A stretch of DNA of 63,732 nucleotides, counting the filler, from Octopus bimaculoides (Eukaryota): assembly GCF_001194135.2 (NCBI RefSeq). It is 9 parts of 8 records of this genome, joined end to end, with 100 filler letters (N's around TTAATTAATTAA, not from the genome) between each part and the next. Parts side by side here need not be neighbours in the genome. Positions count along the whole stretch, not along the records: positions 1 to 17,759 come from NC_068982.1; positions 17,860 to 27,332 come from NC_068981.1; 7 more parts are not named here. One strand, 5' to 3'. Below, piece by piece: positions 8,819 to 20,877 of this stretch. Position 1 is the stretch's first letter, and each line of letters begins with the position of its first letter. A model generated the notes under the pieces. The model was not told where the DNA came from. It saw only the letters and a list, made by a program, of their open reading frames with translations, and ran no database searches. The translations under genes were made by a program, and so were the position numbers.

Positions 8819-10558
8819 TTCCGGTTTACCGTGATTCATTTGTTTTGTTGGATTTCTGTGAGACAGACGTGTTTTTTTGGCTGTGCGACATTTTCCTCTT
8901 GTGTGATGGAGGGGCGTCGAGTGAGGAGCTGCAAAAGTTTAAGTTGTTCTTAAACTTTAGGACAAGTCTTAAACTTTAGGACAAGTTGCCCTTCCTCGGA
9001 CTATTTTTCGTCTGAGGAAAAAATAGTAGAGTGCCTGAAGAAAATAGACAAGGCTATGGAAGAAAGAAGTTATGTTGCAGCGACAGAAGGAAAGTGCGAA
9101 GACAAGGTTGGAGGATGTAAGCAAGTTTAAGGGAATGCTTGAAAGGGAGGAGAACGAAGTGAAGGTGTCCCACCCCCACAAAGAAGTCTTGAAGGAAATA
9201 GTGGAAAGAGCGGTAATTTATAGAACATACTCAGTAGCAGCCAGAAAAACTGAGAATATGTCGACGGCACAAATAGAAAAGGTGTTGAGACCAGGATGGC
9301 AAGGGATTTTGTACCTTACCAGAGGAAAGAATTTTGGAACGGTACAGGTGCGGTTTCGAAAGGTAGCTACCGCCAAGCTGCACTCAGCAACACCACTGAA
9401 AATGAGTGAGGTAGTTCTTCTACCCGTATACCTTGGGAGACGTGCTTCCAGGGTTAGGGTGGCGGAAATACCCCCGGAGGTGGATGTAGCCAGGCTGGTG
9501 GCTGCTATAATGCTAGGAATGGAAGAGAAGTTGGTGGTCCTACAGTCTACCAGAACACCTCATAGGAACTGGCAGGGACAAACTCTTGATATGGTGGTAC
9601 AAATTCGCGGAGGAGGATATCGAAAAAGGGTCGAGAATATCACAGTGGGAGAGACAATATAAAGGGTCAGGGTAGAAGGGAGGATTCCGCGATGCTATAA
9701 ATGTGGCCTGAAAGGCCACGTTAGAGCGGATTGTCCTCCACTACAAGAAAAGGATAAGGAGAGACAGAATGAAAAAGTGGTCGATGCTCCACTAACCGTG
9801 GAAGAAGAAGGAAGAGATGTGGCATCACAGAGGAAGACAGGTACCAGCGTTGAGGAGGAGGAATCGAATACCAGCTGGGAAATGGTGGAGAAGAGTAGGA
9901 AGAGGAGACACTTGGTAAAGGATAACCCCTCAACCCAACCCACCCATTCAGCCCCAATCACTCCCTACAGACACCAGTCCACTCCACGCTCCGCCTGACA
10001 GGAAAACAAGCAAAATACACAGGAGCCCCAAATCTCTCCACCCTTGCCCTGGGAAAGAAAATACATTGCATTATACAAAACGGACATAATGAAGTACTAT
10101 ATAAAAAGATAGAAACATGGGATACTGCAAGTAAAGTGGACACAACAGGAGTAAGGGAGTTGCCGGAGCACATACGATGTGCGATGGTGGACCCGGAGTA
10201 TGAGAAAGACTTAAAATGTTGGGGAAAGAGTACAAACACAAGTACTATGCCAGAGTGGGTGAGTTATTTTGACATTCTTAAAAAGTATAAAATTCGTATA
10301 TTGAGTAAAAACGGTAATTAGTCTTTACAAACGGTAATGAAAAACGGGTTATAAACTATATTAAATCTGTTGTTGCAAATAGCAATATAAACGGTGTTGT
10401 AACAGGTTCAATGAAGTCGTTCGGAGGTGGGAGCCGAGCGACTTCATTTCATCTTTCATTATATAATTTCATTCATACCATTCGTTTTGTTTTTTCTTTG
10501 TCCCCACCTTGTGCTGTTCCATCCGTGTAAGGACTTTATGGCCAATTTCATAAAATAA
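8819..10558 (+). mobile_element. ORF1-only L1/Tx1-like element (half-L1-like) with 10-bp flanking direct repeat
   Basis: AGAAGTTTGC at 8809-8818 and 10559-10568. Gag-like ORF1 inside, no endonuclease or RT sequence, a 3' stem-loop (10410-10448) and AATAAA at 10554-10559. Confidence 0.7.
9072..9998 (+). pseudogene. LINE ORF1 (gag-like nucleic-acid-binding protein with CCHC knuckle), one in-frame stop
   Basis: Track ORFs 9072-9662 and 9777-9998 share one frame. Reading through TAA at 9660-9662 gives RVRVEGRIPRCYKCGLKGHVRADCP (CX2CX4HX4C). Confidence 0.85.
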
Positions 10559-11090
10559 AGAAGTTTGCAAACCAACCACATAGTTCTGAGTTCATTCTCA
10601 CTGCGTGGCACCTTGGGCAAGTATGTCGGGTTGACCAAAGCCTTGTGAGTGGATTTGGTCAACGCAAAATTGAAAGAAGCCTGTTGTATATATATATATA
10701 TATACACACATATATGTATATATATATGATAACATAAGTAATATATAAATATATGCATATATCCATACATATATGTACATACCTACATCTATATGTATAC
10801 ATACATGCATATATGGGTACATGACATCACAAAAAACGTTAAACACAATGAGAAACGAAAACATAGTTATATATATATATACGTATGTATATATATGTAT
10901 ANNNNNNNNNNNNNNNNNNNNNNNNNNNNNNNNNNNNNNNNNNNNNNNNNNNNNNNNNNNNNNNNNNNNNNNNNNNNNNNNNNNNNNNNNNNNNNNNNNN
11001 NNNNNNNNNNNNNNNNNNNNNNNNNNNNNNNNNNNNNNNNNNNNNNNNNNNNNNNNNNNNNNNNNNNNNNNNNNNNNNNNNNNNNNNNNN

Positions 11091-11124
<34 letters not shown>

Positions 11125-11465
11125 ACAAATTATACAAAATGCGTAAATGAATGATGATTAAAGCACCGGTACAGTTTCGATTACCTGTTGTTATCCGTAG
11201 ATTTATTGCAGGAACTTCGTAGTGGCGGTTGGGGTAACAGTATTAATAAAATATGTATGTGTGTGTGTGTGTGCCTTTGAGTCTATTTGTTCTCCACCAC
11301 CGCTTGACAACCAGCGTCGTTCTTTTTACATACTTGTAAACTTGCAGTTCGACAAAAATAACCGATAAAATAAGTACGAGGCTTAAAAAAGGACTAGAGT
11401 CGATTCGTTCGATTAAAATACTTAAAGGTGGTGCCCCACGTTAATGACTGATACAAGTAAAAGGA
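10559..11465 (+). mobile_element. SINE family A (tRNA head, CORE-like block) with expanded internal TA/TG microsatellite and gap
   Basis: Head CAACCACATAGTTCTGAGTTC...GGCACCTTGGGCAAGT at about 10570-10690. Tail CGCTTGACAACC...AATGACTGATACAAGTAAAAG at about 11290-11465. That both belong to one copy is inferred. Confidence 0.7.
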
Positions 11466-12222
11466 AAAATGACAAGATGAGGAAGAAAGTGAATTATTTA
11501 TCTAAAAACATCAACAAAAAAGAAACAACCCTTATTTTTCTTTGACTAATCTCTGTAAGGTTCGACTTCTAAACTTTTAGAAGCTCTCTGTATTCAAGCA
11601 AGTCAAATAGAACATTTTTTTTCATTTCGTAAACATCTTTCGCTTCGAGGAGCGACTTGAAAAGACAACGATAATACTCCCTGTTTGTGCAAGCATTTGT
11701 AAAACCTTATAAAATCCTGAAGATATATATGCACAAGAAGAAGCTTCAAAAGATTATCCAAATAGCAATGCTAAATGTGTACAATCTCACAGAAATTTAC
11801 CAAAAGAAGCAATAGAAATGAGAAATTAGGAGATATATCAAGGACGAAGATGTTTAGAGGATGGAAGTTTAAAAAAAATACACTTCATGATCATTCCATA
11901 AAGTGAATAAATATACTCGAAAGCAGTAAAATCGTTGTTATTATTGTGATTTAAACCCAGATCACCCCTGATCAAAAACTCCGTAGCAAGAGTTACATTA
12001 TCTAATGTGTCCTTCTTTTCTAACAAGGTAAGGTGTAACCTGAAAGAAAATTTACTCGCTATTTCTTGAAGCACAACAAAACCCGGAAAAATACAATCAA
12101 AACTAATAACAGTAATAAAAACGCGTATCAGGACAATTGCCCCCTAGGACAATTCCCCCCGACGACAACTACCCCCGAGAGCAATTATCCCGTTTGGTTA
12201 ATTACTCCCTCTCCAATATATT

Positions 12223-12606
12223 GTTGTTGGCACTCCGTCGCTTACGACGTCGAGGGTTCCAGTTGATCCGATCAACGGAACAGCCTGCTCGTGAAATTAA
12301 CGTGCAAGTGGCTGAGCACTCCACAGACACGTGTACCCTTAACGTAGTTCTCGGGGATATTCAGCGTGACACAGTGTGACAAGGCTGACCCTTTGAATTA
12401 CAGGCACAACAGAAACAGGAAGTAAGAGTGAGAGAAAGTTGTGGTGAAAGAGTACAGCAGGGTTCGCCACCATCCCCTGCCGGAGTCACGTGGAGCTTTA
12501 GGTGTTTTCGCTCAATAAACACTCACAACGCTCTGTCTGGGAATCGAAACCGCGATCCTATGACCGCGAGTCTGCTGCCCTAACCACTGGGCCATTGCGC
12601 CTCCAC
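12223..12606 (-). mobile_element. SINE family C, full length with 12-bp TSD
   Basis: Near-identical to 7555-7946. TSD CTCCAATATATT at 12211-12222 and 12607-12618. Confidence 0.95.
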
Positions 12607-14084
12607 CTCCAATATATTAAGAAGTCTTAAATCACCATCTGTTGTCTTCAGGGGTAATTGCCTTTGCGGGGTTATTGTCCATGGGGTTAGTGTTAGGATT
12701 AGGATCCTAGGCTCATAAAAATTATCAGCTTAAGCAAGCTGAGGTTTAGTTTCGCAAATAAACTTGAAATTATTTTGATCCGTGGAGAGCATGTGACAAA
12801 CGAACGTACAGAAAAATAAAACTCTTATTATAAACCACATTATTGTTGGTTCTCTTTTTACCCTGGGTCACTCTTAACCGAGCAGACTTATGACAAAAGA
12901 CTTTCCAAACGTGACCATCCTTTCATATTTCCTTTATACAGTGTGTACAAGACTGTAATTTAACGTGTCCCTCCATTATTTTAAATTGGGAGGACGTGAT
13001 ATGAAATATATCTGACTGATATTTTTAGGAGCCCGAATAATAACGCAGCCTTTTTGTTACGGAGTGCCTCTAATAGAGAGAACGTCTATGCCATAGAGGC
13101 TCTCCTGTTAATAGAGTGATATACGGTTTCGAACCAATAAGGAGAGACAGTGATAAAACAAAATTGCTGGCCTTGCTAACGATTCTGCCAGTTCACTGCC
13201 TTACGTAGACTCGATCGTCCAGTTCAGCTCCATTGCCTGGCACATTGAGTGTCTTTAGTCCTCTTCGTTGTAAGTATTCATAACTTTGAGGATATTTTCT
13301 GCCATTCCTCTCTCCGTCTCTTCCTCTTCAGTGTCGGAGGCAACGAAAAAAGTGTCATGGTGCTAACTTACCTCCTGACTAAGTGGTAAAATGTATGTCG
13401 AGTGTGCATGGGTGGAGGAGGTAGGCTGCTAAATTGTTCAGAGAAGCAGCTACCGTTGTAGTTACCGTAGACAAGTTAAGGTGAGGAGATATATGCGTGA
13501 GTCTGTATATAGAGGGTAGAGTGTGCTGGTGAGTAGAACAATCAGCAGCGTGGTCATGTGTAAATAAACAGGTCTGGAGAGAAGAAAATACTGTTGTGAC
13601 AACAGAATAGAAGGAAGACACCATGAGTTTTGGAGTCTGTTGATGAACGAATCATCGACGTTCAGCAGTGGAGGACATAATTAGCTGGTTTTAAAGAGAA
13701 GATACAGAATATTATTCCTTATTCTGTTACTATTATTCTAGTTGTGATGGAATACATTGAATGAGGAATGAAGTAACTCATGCTTATGAGGCAGCGTGTG
13801 TTGTTTGTTGGCCAATGAGTCTGTATCGATCAACAACGTTGTATAAAGAAGCTAGTAAGAGGAACAGAGGCCGTTACAAAGGTGATATAATAATGGAAAG
13901 ACACCATGCATGAAGGTCAGAGGAAATGTGGCGTGTCTTTACGAATTAGTTGGCCTTCATTTAACCACGATTCAAGATGTTTGCGTGTATAGTAGCCGTA
14001 CCGTCTGCGGGAGCAATATTATTCCATTGTGGATAAAGCTGCGTTCTAATAGAACCGTTAACACGTCAGAAATAATGTTTAGTT

Positions 14085-14225
14085 TCACTCGAGGTCGACC
14101 TTCCTTTTCATCCTTTTATACTTTCGGGGCTCATAAAATGGAATGCAAGGCAAGTACTGGGGGTCGATGTAATCGACTAAGACCTCTTTCTCTATAATCA
14201 CTGGTCCTGGTGCTAAAATATTCAA
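14085..14225 (+). mobile_element. SINE family B, degenerate partial
   Basis: CGAGGTCGACCTTCCTTTTCATCC...GTACTGGGGGTCGATGTAATCGACT. Confidence 0.65.
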
Positions 14226-15042
14226 TCGTGAAGCTTATTTAATCTTTGTAGATGGTCTGTAGTTGTTCGGGCAGATACAGTCTGGTTTCGATGAAAAATA
14301 ATAGCCTTTGTGATGTAATTTAAGCCACGCCATGAAATTGGGATCAGTAGGAATGATAATAAGAGATTGTGGCAAGTTGCAATTGTAGCGACTTCTCACT
14401 CATTGCGTGTTGCTCAATACTAGAGAAAGCCTTTGTCAGAGAGATAAAAGGCTGCTGTCGTGATGCAACACCAACTGTTGATTCGGCTCTTACAAATATC
14501 TCTTTTACTGCTGAGTTACAGAAAATATTTCGTTTTGAAGTAGGATGAAAACGCATAAAATACCTATGAACTTTATTGTTGATCTGCTTCTAATTTCTAG
14601 TTGGAGTTATCTAAATATAATTTTCCTTGCAGTGATTAATTATTCCTCCACGAAGCGATGTTGGTATAAAGCCTTATTTTCTATTCCATATATCAGTGGT
14701 TCTTGCATCTATGTAAACATTAATACGTTGAATCTCTATTCATTTCAGCGGGGAAGTAATTTTAAGTTACTGAATTGAAACTGTCAATCTATGATTTTCC
14801 CTTACAGGCTTTGTGTCAAAGTCTGCATTGTGAAACTTCAAAAAAAGGGGTAGTATTATTTATATCAGAATAAACCAACCTGTATTCTATACGAAGACTG
14901 CAATTTATAAAGAGTTCTGAATCATAATCTTCAGTATGCTCATATAGTATCCTGACACATTGAAATGAAATGGTCACTGACAGGAAAATCTTAAGGTGCC
15001 GTAAGACAATAGGCACGAGGATCCTGAGAAAGTTTAAAGACA

Positions 15043-15153
15043 GGATATGAGACGCCAAATACATGGTTGTTTATAAGAGGACAAACCATTAAAAGTATTG
15101 ATAATACTGAAGCAGCTGATGTGGTTATTGCTGTTAAAGGCAATCCTGTCTAC
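15043..15153 (+). CDS. Weak candidate exon (GYETPNTWLFIRGQTIKSIDNTEAADVVIAVKGNPVY), unassigned
   Basis: Open frame ending at a TAC|GTAAGC donor, phase-compatible with the 15460 exon. The acceptor context is purine-rich and poor. Confidence 0.25.
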
Positions 15154-15459
15154 GTAAGCTGAAGTGGTTCTACTAACGGTTAGAAGTGTTGAGCGGCCAA
15201 TTGTTGGATGAATACGGCCTGTAATTACTGCCCACCTCTCTCTCTCTCTCTTTCACCCTGTGTCTCTCTCTGTTTCTACCACTGTCTCTCTCTGTCTCTA
15301 GAATACATACAGATAATGGATAATATACATTTATTGGGAGCTAACAATTGTTTCGGTTAAGCAATGAAGGGTTCCATAGATCAATTTCATTAATTTATCG
15401 ATCCAGGGACTGAAAAGAATAGAGAATAAAACATTTTTTGCTTTTATTCCGCCTGGTAG

Positions 15460-15565
15460 TTACATCTGTGGATTACTCGGCCACTTATAGATCGGGATTC
15501 AGTATCAGACTGGGATTCAGTAGCTTTTGGTAAGTTTTGGGTTGGTATTGGTATATTCTTCATGG
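15460..15565 (+). CDS. Candidate internal exon of a membrane protein (LHLWITRPLIDRDSVSDWDSVAFGKFWVGIGIFFM-G)
   Basis: Pyrimidine tract plus TAG acceptor (15458-59), 106-nt open frame, ATGG|GTAAGT consensus donor at 15566, hydrophobic C-terminal stretch. Protein not identified. Confidence 0.45.
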
Positions 15566-15637
15566 GTAAGTGTTTAAAATGTTGCTGAATCAATTCCTGC
15601 TTCATAAAAGGATGCAGCAACATCTTAGACACTTCAG

Positions 15638-15770
15638 AGGCGCAGGAGTGGCTGTGTGGTAAGTAGCTTGTTTCCAAACCACATGGTCCGGGTTCAGTCC
15701 CACTGCGTGGCACCTTCGACAAGTGTCTTCTACTATAGCCTCGGCCCGACCAAAGCCTTGTGAGTGGATG
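15638..15770 (+). mobile_element. SINE family A head, running into (TA)n and a gap
   Basis: AGGCGCAGGAGTGGCTGTGTGGTAAGTAGC...GGGTTCAGTCCCACTGCGTGGCACC. Confidence 0.9.
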
Positions 15771-16965
15771 TTGTATATATATATATATNNNNNNNNNNNN
15801 NNNNNNNNNNNNNNNNNNNNNNNNNNNNNNNNNNNNNNNNNNNNNNNNNNNNNNNNNNNNNNNNNNNNNNNNNNNNNNNNNNNNNNNNNNNNNNNNNNNN
15901 NNNNNNNNNNNNNNNNNNNNNNNNNNNNNNNNNNNNNNNNNNNNNNNNNNNNNNNNNNNNNNNNNNNNNNNNNNNNNNNNNNNNNNNNNNNNNNNNNNNN
16001 NNNNNNNNNNNNNNNNNNNNNNNNNNNNNNNNNNNNNNNNNNNNNNNNNNNNNNNNNNNNNNNNNNNNNNNNNNNNNNNNNNNNNNNNNNNNNNNNNNNN
16101 NNNNNNNNNNNNNNNNNNNNNNNNNNNNNNNNNNNNNNNNNNNNNNNNNNNNNNNNNNNNNNNNNNNNNNNNNNNNNNNNNNNNNNNNNNNNNNNNNNNN
16201 NNNNNNNNNNNNNNNNNNNNNNNNNNNNNNNNNNNNNNNNNNNNNNNNNNNNNNNNNNNNNNNNNNNNNNNNNNNNNNNNNNNNNNNNNNNNNNNNNNNN
16301 NNNNNNNNNNNNNNNNNNNNNNNNNNNNNNNNNNNNNNNNNNNNNNNNNNNNNNNNNNNNNNNNNNNNNNNNNNNNNNNNNNNNNNNNNNNNNNNNNNNN
16401 NNNNNNNNNNNNNNNNNNNNNNNNNNNNNNNNNNNNNNNNNNNNNNNNNNNNNNNNNNNNNNNNNNNNNNNNNNNNNNNNNNNNNNNNNNNNNNNNNNNN
16501 NNNNNNNNNNNNNNNNNNNNNNNNNNNNNNNNNNNNNNNNNNNNNNNNNNNNNNNNNNNNNNNNNNNNNNNNNNNNNNNNNNNNNNNNNNNNNNNNNNNN
16601 NNNNNNNNNNNNNNNNNNNNNNNNNNNNNNNNNNNNNNNNNNNNNNNNNNNNNNNNNNNNNNNNNNNNNNNNNNNNNNNNNNNNNNNNNNNNNNNNNNNN
16701 NNNNNNTATATATATATATATATGTATATATATTTACACGCATGTCAACACATGTATACTTATAAACACAAACGCATGCGTATGACATATACAATATCTA
16801 TTAATCTATCTATCTCTGTCATGGTTCCGGTTACTCTGTCCCCTTCTTCTCTCGCTCTTTCACGATATGTATATATATATATATATATATACATACGCAT
16901 ATATGTGTGTGTGTTTGTGTGTATATATATATGTATATATACGAAGGATGTACAAAATGTTGTGT

Positions 16966-17330
16966 AGGCGTAGGAGTGGTTGTGTGGTAAGTAGCTTGCT
17001 TAACAACCACATGGTTCCGGGTTCAGTCCAACTGCGTGGCACCTTGGGCAAGTGTCTTCTACTACAGCCACGGTAGACGGAAACTGAAAGAAGCCCGTCG
17101 TATATATGTATATATATATGTGTATGTATGTGTGTGTATATGTTTGTGTGTCTGTGTTTGTCCCCACAACATCGCTTGACAGCCGATGCTGGTGTGTTTA
17201 CGTACACGTGACTTAGCGGTTCAGCAAAAGAGACGGATAGAATAAGTACTAGGCTTACAAAGCATGAGTCCTGGGATCGATTTGTTCGATTAAAGGCGGT
17301 GTTCCAGCATGTCCACAGTCAAATGACTGA

Positions 17331-17336
<6 letters not shown>
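16966..17336 (+). mobile_element. SINE family A, near full length
   Basis: Head, CORE-like GGCACCTTGGGCAAGTGTCTT, internal TA/TG repeat and tail CAAATGACTGAAACAAG. Confidence 0.9.
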
Positions 17337-17368
<32 letters not shown>

Positions 17369-17660
17369 CCTTCCAGGCCTTTGAAACTTGAAGTCTTGTA
17401 CCATGTTTTTTTTTTTTTGAGGCTCAAGACTTTTCATACACCCCTCGTATATATGCATACACAAACGCACGCACATTCACACACACAAACATATATGTAT
17501 GTATACGTTGAGGATGAAATTAGCGGTAGACACAGACTCATATAAAGATTGATTAACAGGTGTATGAATATATTTGTATGAAAACACCAATATATAAATG
17601 AGAAAAGCATACATGCACATTATATACACGCATACACTTTCATATCTGCACAAAGTTATA

Positions 17661-17759
<99 letters not shown>

Positions 17760-17859
17760 NNNNNNNNNNNNNNNNNNNNNNNNNNNNNNNNNNNNNNNNN
17801 NNNTTAATTAATTAANNNNNNNNNNNNNNNNNNNNNNNNNNNNNNNNNNNNNNNNNNNN
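17760..17859. other. Artificial scaffold-join spacer (44N + TTAATTAATTAA + 44N)
   Basis: 12-mer at 17804-17815, palindromic, with a stop codon in all six frames. Confidence 0.95.
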
Positions 17860-17904
<45 letters not shown>

Positions 17905-18254
17905 ACAAGAAATAATTTTTGACTCTTTTTATGGCGATAAAAGGTTTTATAGGACTGCAAGAAAGAAGTGCTCGAATGACATTGAGACAGAGGCACAAAA
18001 ACATTGATTAGAGAAGAAACATCAAATTCGTGTCAACTACTTTGTATAACATCACGTTTCCATACATTTCAACATATATAAACATTACCATGTATTTGTA
18101 TTTTTATGTACATATATATTTTTACCTTCTGTGATTTTATATATATATATTCCTTTTATATGTTGAATGCTATGGTAATGTTTATACATGATGAAATGTA
18201 TGGAAGCGGGGTTAAAAAAACTCCTATGTTACTTTACTGGGGACATTATCTTAT

Positions 18255-18700
18255 CGTTTGACTCCCTTACTGGTAAGCCTAATTTGGGCCTTATCCAATT
18301 TCATATCTCGAATTATTACAATTCCATATCTCCTATATTGCTAACTAATGCTTTGATTTTCGCTCAGAAATTTGCGAATATCCCTACTTCGGATATTCAT
18401 GTAATTTTAGTGGCAAGGAAGACCCTCATCTCCTTCAATGAGCGTAATTGGCAGAGGGCTGATTCCACCAATTTCTTTGATATTACTATGTGTTCTTCGG
18501 ATTCAGCACAAGTGATCGATTTAGTTGGCCTATACCTACCTCCTTTCCCAGTTTGGGATAGTTTTCTCCTCTTTACTGGTGGGATTATATAGGGATGATG
18601 CACTTCTAGCTGTACGTGGCCAGTCTAAAAATGCGTTGAATAGATTGAAGAAATCTCTTAGACGTTTCTTAAAGGATTTCTTTAAACTATGGGCAATTAC
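18255..18700 (+). mobile_element. Penelope-like reverse transcriptase fragment
   Basis: LIQFHISNYYNSISPILL...FFDITMCSSDSAQVIDLVGLYL, a frameshift, then GLYRDD (18582-18599) ALLAVRG. These are PLE-type RT motifs. Confidence 0.85.
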
Positions 18701-18844
18701 AAGAAAAGTTTTGGTAAAACCTAGACTCACTAGGACAGGATGTGAGATGTGACACTCTACCTCCGGTGATGGAATATGAGGACCTAAAACCATATATATT
18801 GCAAAATTAAGATGATGAACATAGAGGAAAAAGAACGGAAGAAG

Positions 18845-18950
18845 CAGTCAAAGGATATAGTAGAAGACACTTACCCAAGGTGCCACGCAATGGTACCGAA
18901 ACCGTAACCAAGTGGTTCGTAAGCAATCTACTTACCACACGACCACACAC
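18845..18950 (-). mobile_element. SINE family A head
   Basis: Plus strand AGAAGACACTTACCCAAGGTGCCACGCA...CTTACCACACG is the reverse complement of the family A head. Confidence 0.8.
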
Positions 18951-18976
18951 ACACACACACATATNNNNNNNNNNNN

Positions 18977-19008
<32 letters not shown>

Positions 19009-19009
19009 C

Positions 19010-19040
<31 letters not shown>

Positions 19041-20842
19041 ACAATTGGAACTGAGAGACACAGTCAGACAGAGAAAGTTGGACAGATAGTTAGATGGATA
19101 GATACATGCACATGTGTATATATTATCTAAGCGCGTATGTTAATGAGTGCGTGCGTGTTCGCGTACAGCATTATATACTTTTGATGCACATCAAAACAAC
19201 TATGCAATGACATTAGCACAATAAAACAAGAATAGAAAAACATAATGAACAATAACCAATGTTTAATGGGAACAAAACTGTTGTTTTAATCTGTAACAGA
19301 AGATTTCACGACGAACAATATCCAACAGTAAATAGCATGTTTAGCAATTGTAGTAAGATGTCGTTAGACATTATAGAGAAGAATTTCGAATAGAAAACAG
19401 AGAATGAAAGAAAATATGTCATTAGTATTGTCGGTATTGCATCAGAAACGAATATAATAAATGCTTCAAATAGAATATACTCTGAAATTTCTTGCTAAGA
19501 ATAAGCTTTCTGAAACAAATTTTCAATGATAGACATAACCGTGACGAAACTATTCTACCTACATATCCACAATGAAACGCACACACATAAAGACACACAG
19601 AATATATATAAACACACAGACACACACACAGATGGACAATGACACACTCATATCCCATCTCCATATACTTCTATCACCACCGTTTTTCTCATCACAAGCC
19701 ATGGTCAGCACCCCAGTGCCTTCGGGAAGGACACTGAGATGTATGCATGGTAAATTATTTACAGCCAGGTTGTAGGTAATAACCACTGTCTGTAATATTC
19801 TGGACATTTAAACATATTTAACTCAGAGATTTCAATGAGTGTGTCCTACTCAATATTTCTTATGGTGAAATATTTGTGCAGAGAAATTCAGACAAATATT
19901 GTATTGTGTGATAGAAAAACATCATCCTACTAACATATGTTTTTAAATACATAGGGCATTGCAGACCTATCTACCTCTCTCTCTCACCCTCTGTCTCTTT
20001 CGGCAATTGTCTCTCAATTTCTCTTGTGATAAACTGAATTTTCCCATATGTATATATATGTGGGTATGTATATATGCCGATCTTAGTTATTTGGAATAAA
20101 GCAATGTATGTATATATATATATATATATATNNNNNNNNNNNNNNNNNNNNNNNNNNNNNNNNNNNNNNNNNNNNNNNNNNNNNNNNNNNNNNNNNNNNN
20201 NNNNNNNNNNNNNNNNNNNNNNNNNNNNNNNNNNNNNNNNNNNNNNNNNNNNNNNNNNNNNNNNNNNNNNNNNNNNNNNNNNNNNNNNNNNNNNNNNNNN
20301 NNNNNNNNNNNNNNNNNNNNNNNNNNNNNNNNNNNNNNNNNNNNNNNNNNNNNNNNNNNNNNNNNNNNNNNNNNNNNNNNNNNNNNNNNNNNNNNNNNNN
20401 NNNNNNNNNNNNNNNNNNNNNNNNNNNNNNNNNNNNNNNNNNNNNNNNNNNNNNNNNNNNNNNNNNNNNNNNNNNNNNNNNNNNNNNNNNNNNNNNNNNN
20501 NNNNNNNNNNNNNNNNNNNNNNNNNNNNNNNNNNNNNNNNNNNNNNNNNNNNNNNNNNNNNNNNNNNNNNNNNNNNNNNNNNNNNNNNNNNNNNNNNNNN
20601 NNNNNNNNNNNNNNNNNNNNNNNNNNNNNNNNNNNNNNNNNNNNNNNNNNNNNNNNNNNNNNNNNNNNNNNNNNNNNNNNNNNNNNNNNNNNNNNNNNNN
20701 NNNNNNNNNNNNNNNNNNNNNNNNNNNNNNNNNNNNNNNNNNNNNNNNNNNNNNNNNNNNNNNNNNNNNNNNNNNNNNNNNNNNNNNNNNNNNNNNNNNN
20801 NNNNNNNNNNNNNNNNNNNNNNNNNNNNNNNNNNNNNNNNNN

Positions 20843-20877
<35 letters not shown>

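Noticed and set aside
11838-12074. 78-aa minus ORF as a possible Helitron or Polinton fragment
   Set aside because: No diagnostic motif could be identified.
13268-13331. 64-nt GTAAGT...CAG mini-intron with a good pyrimidine tract
   Set aside because: No splice phase gives a convincing open frame on both sides. The downstream region looks LTR-like, but I found no TSD or partner LTR.
14808-14875. Strong acceptor TTTTCCCTTACAG as an exon start
   Set aside because: All three frames stop within 22 codons and no good donor precedes the stops.
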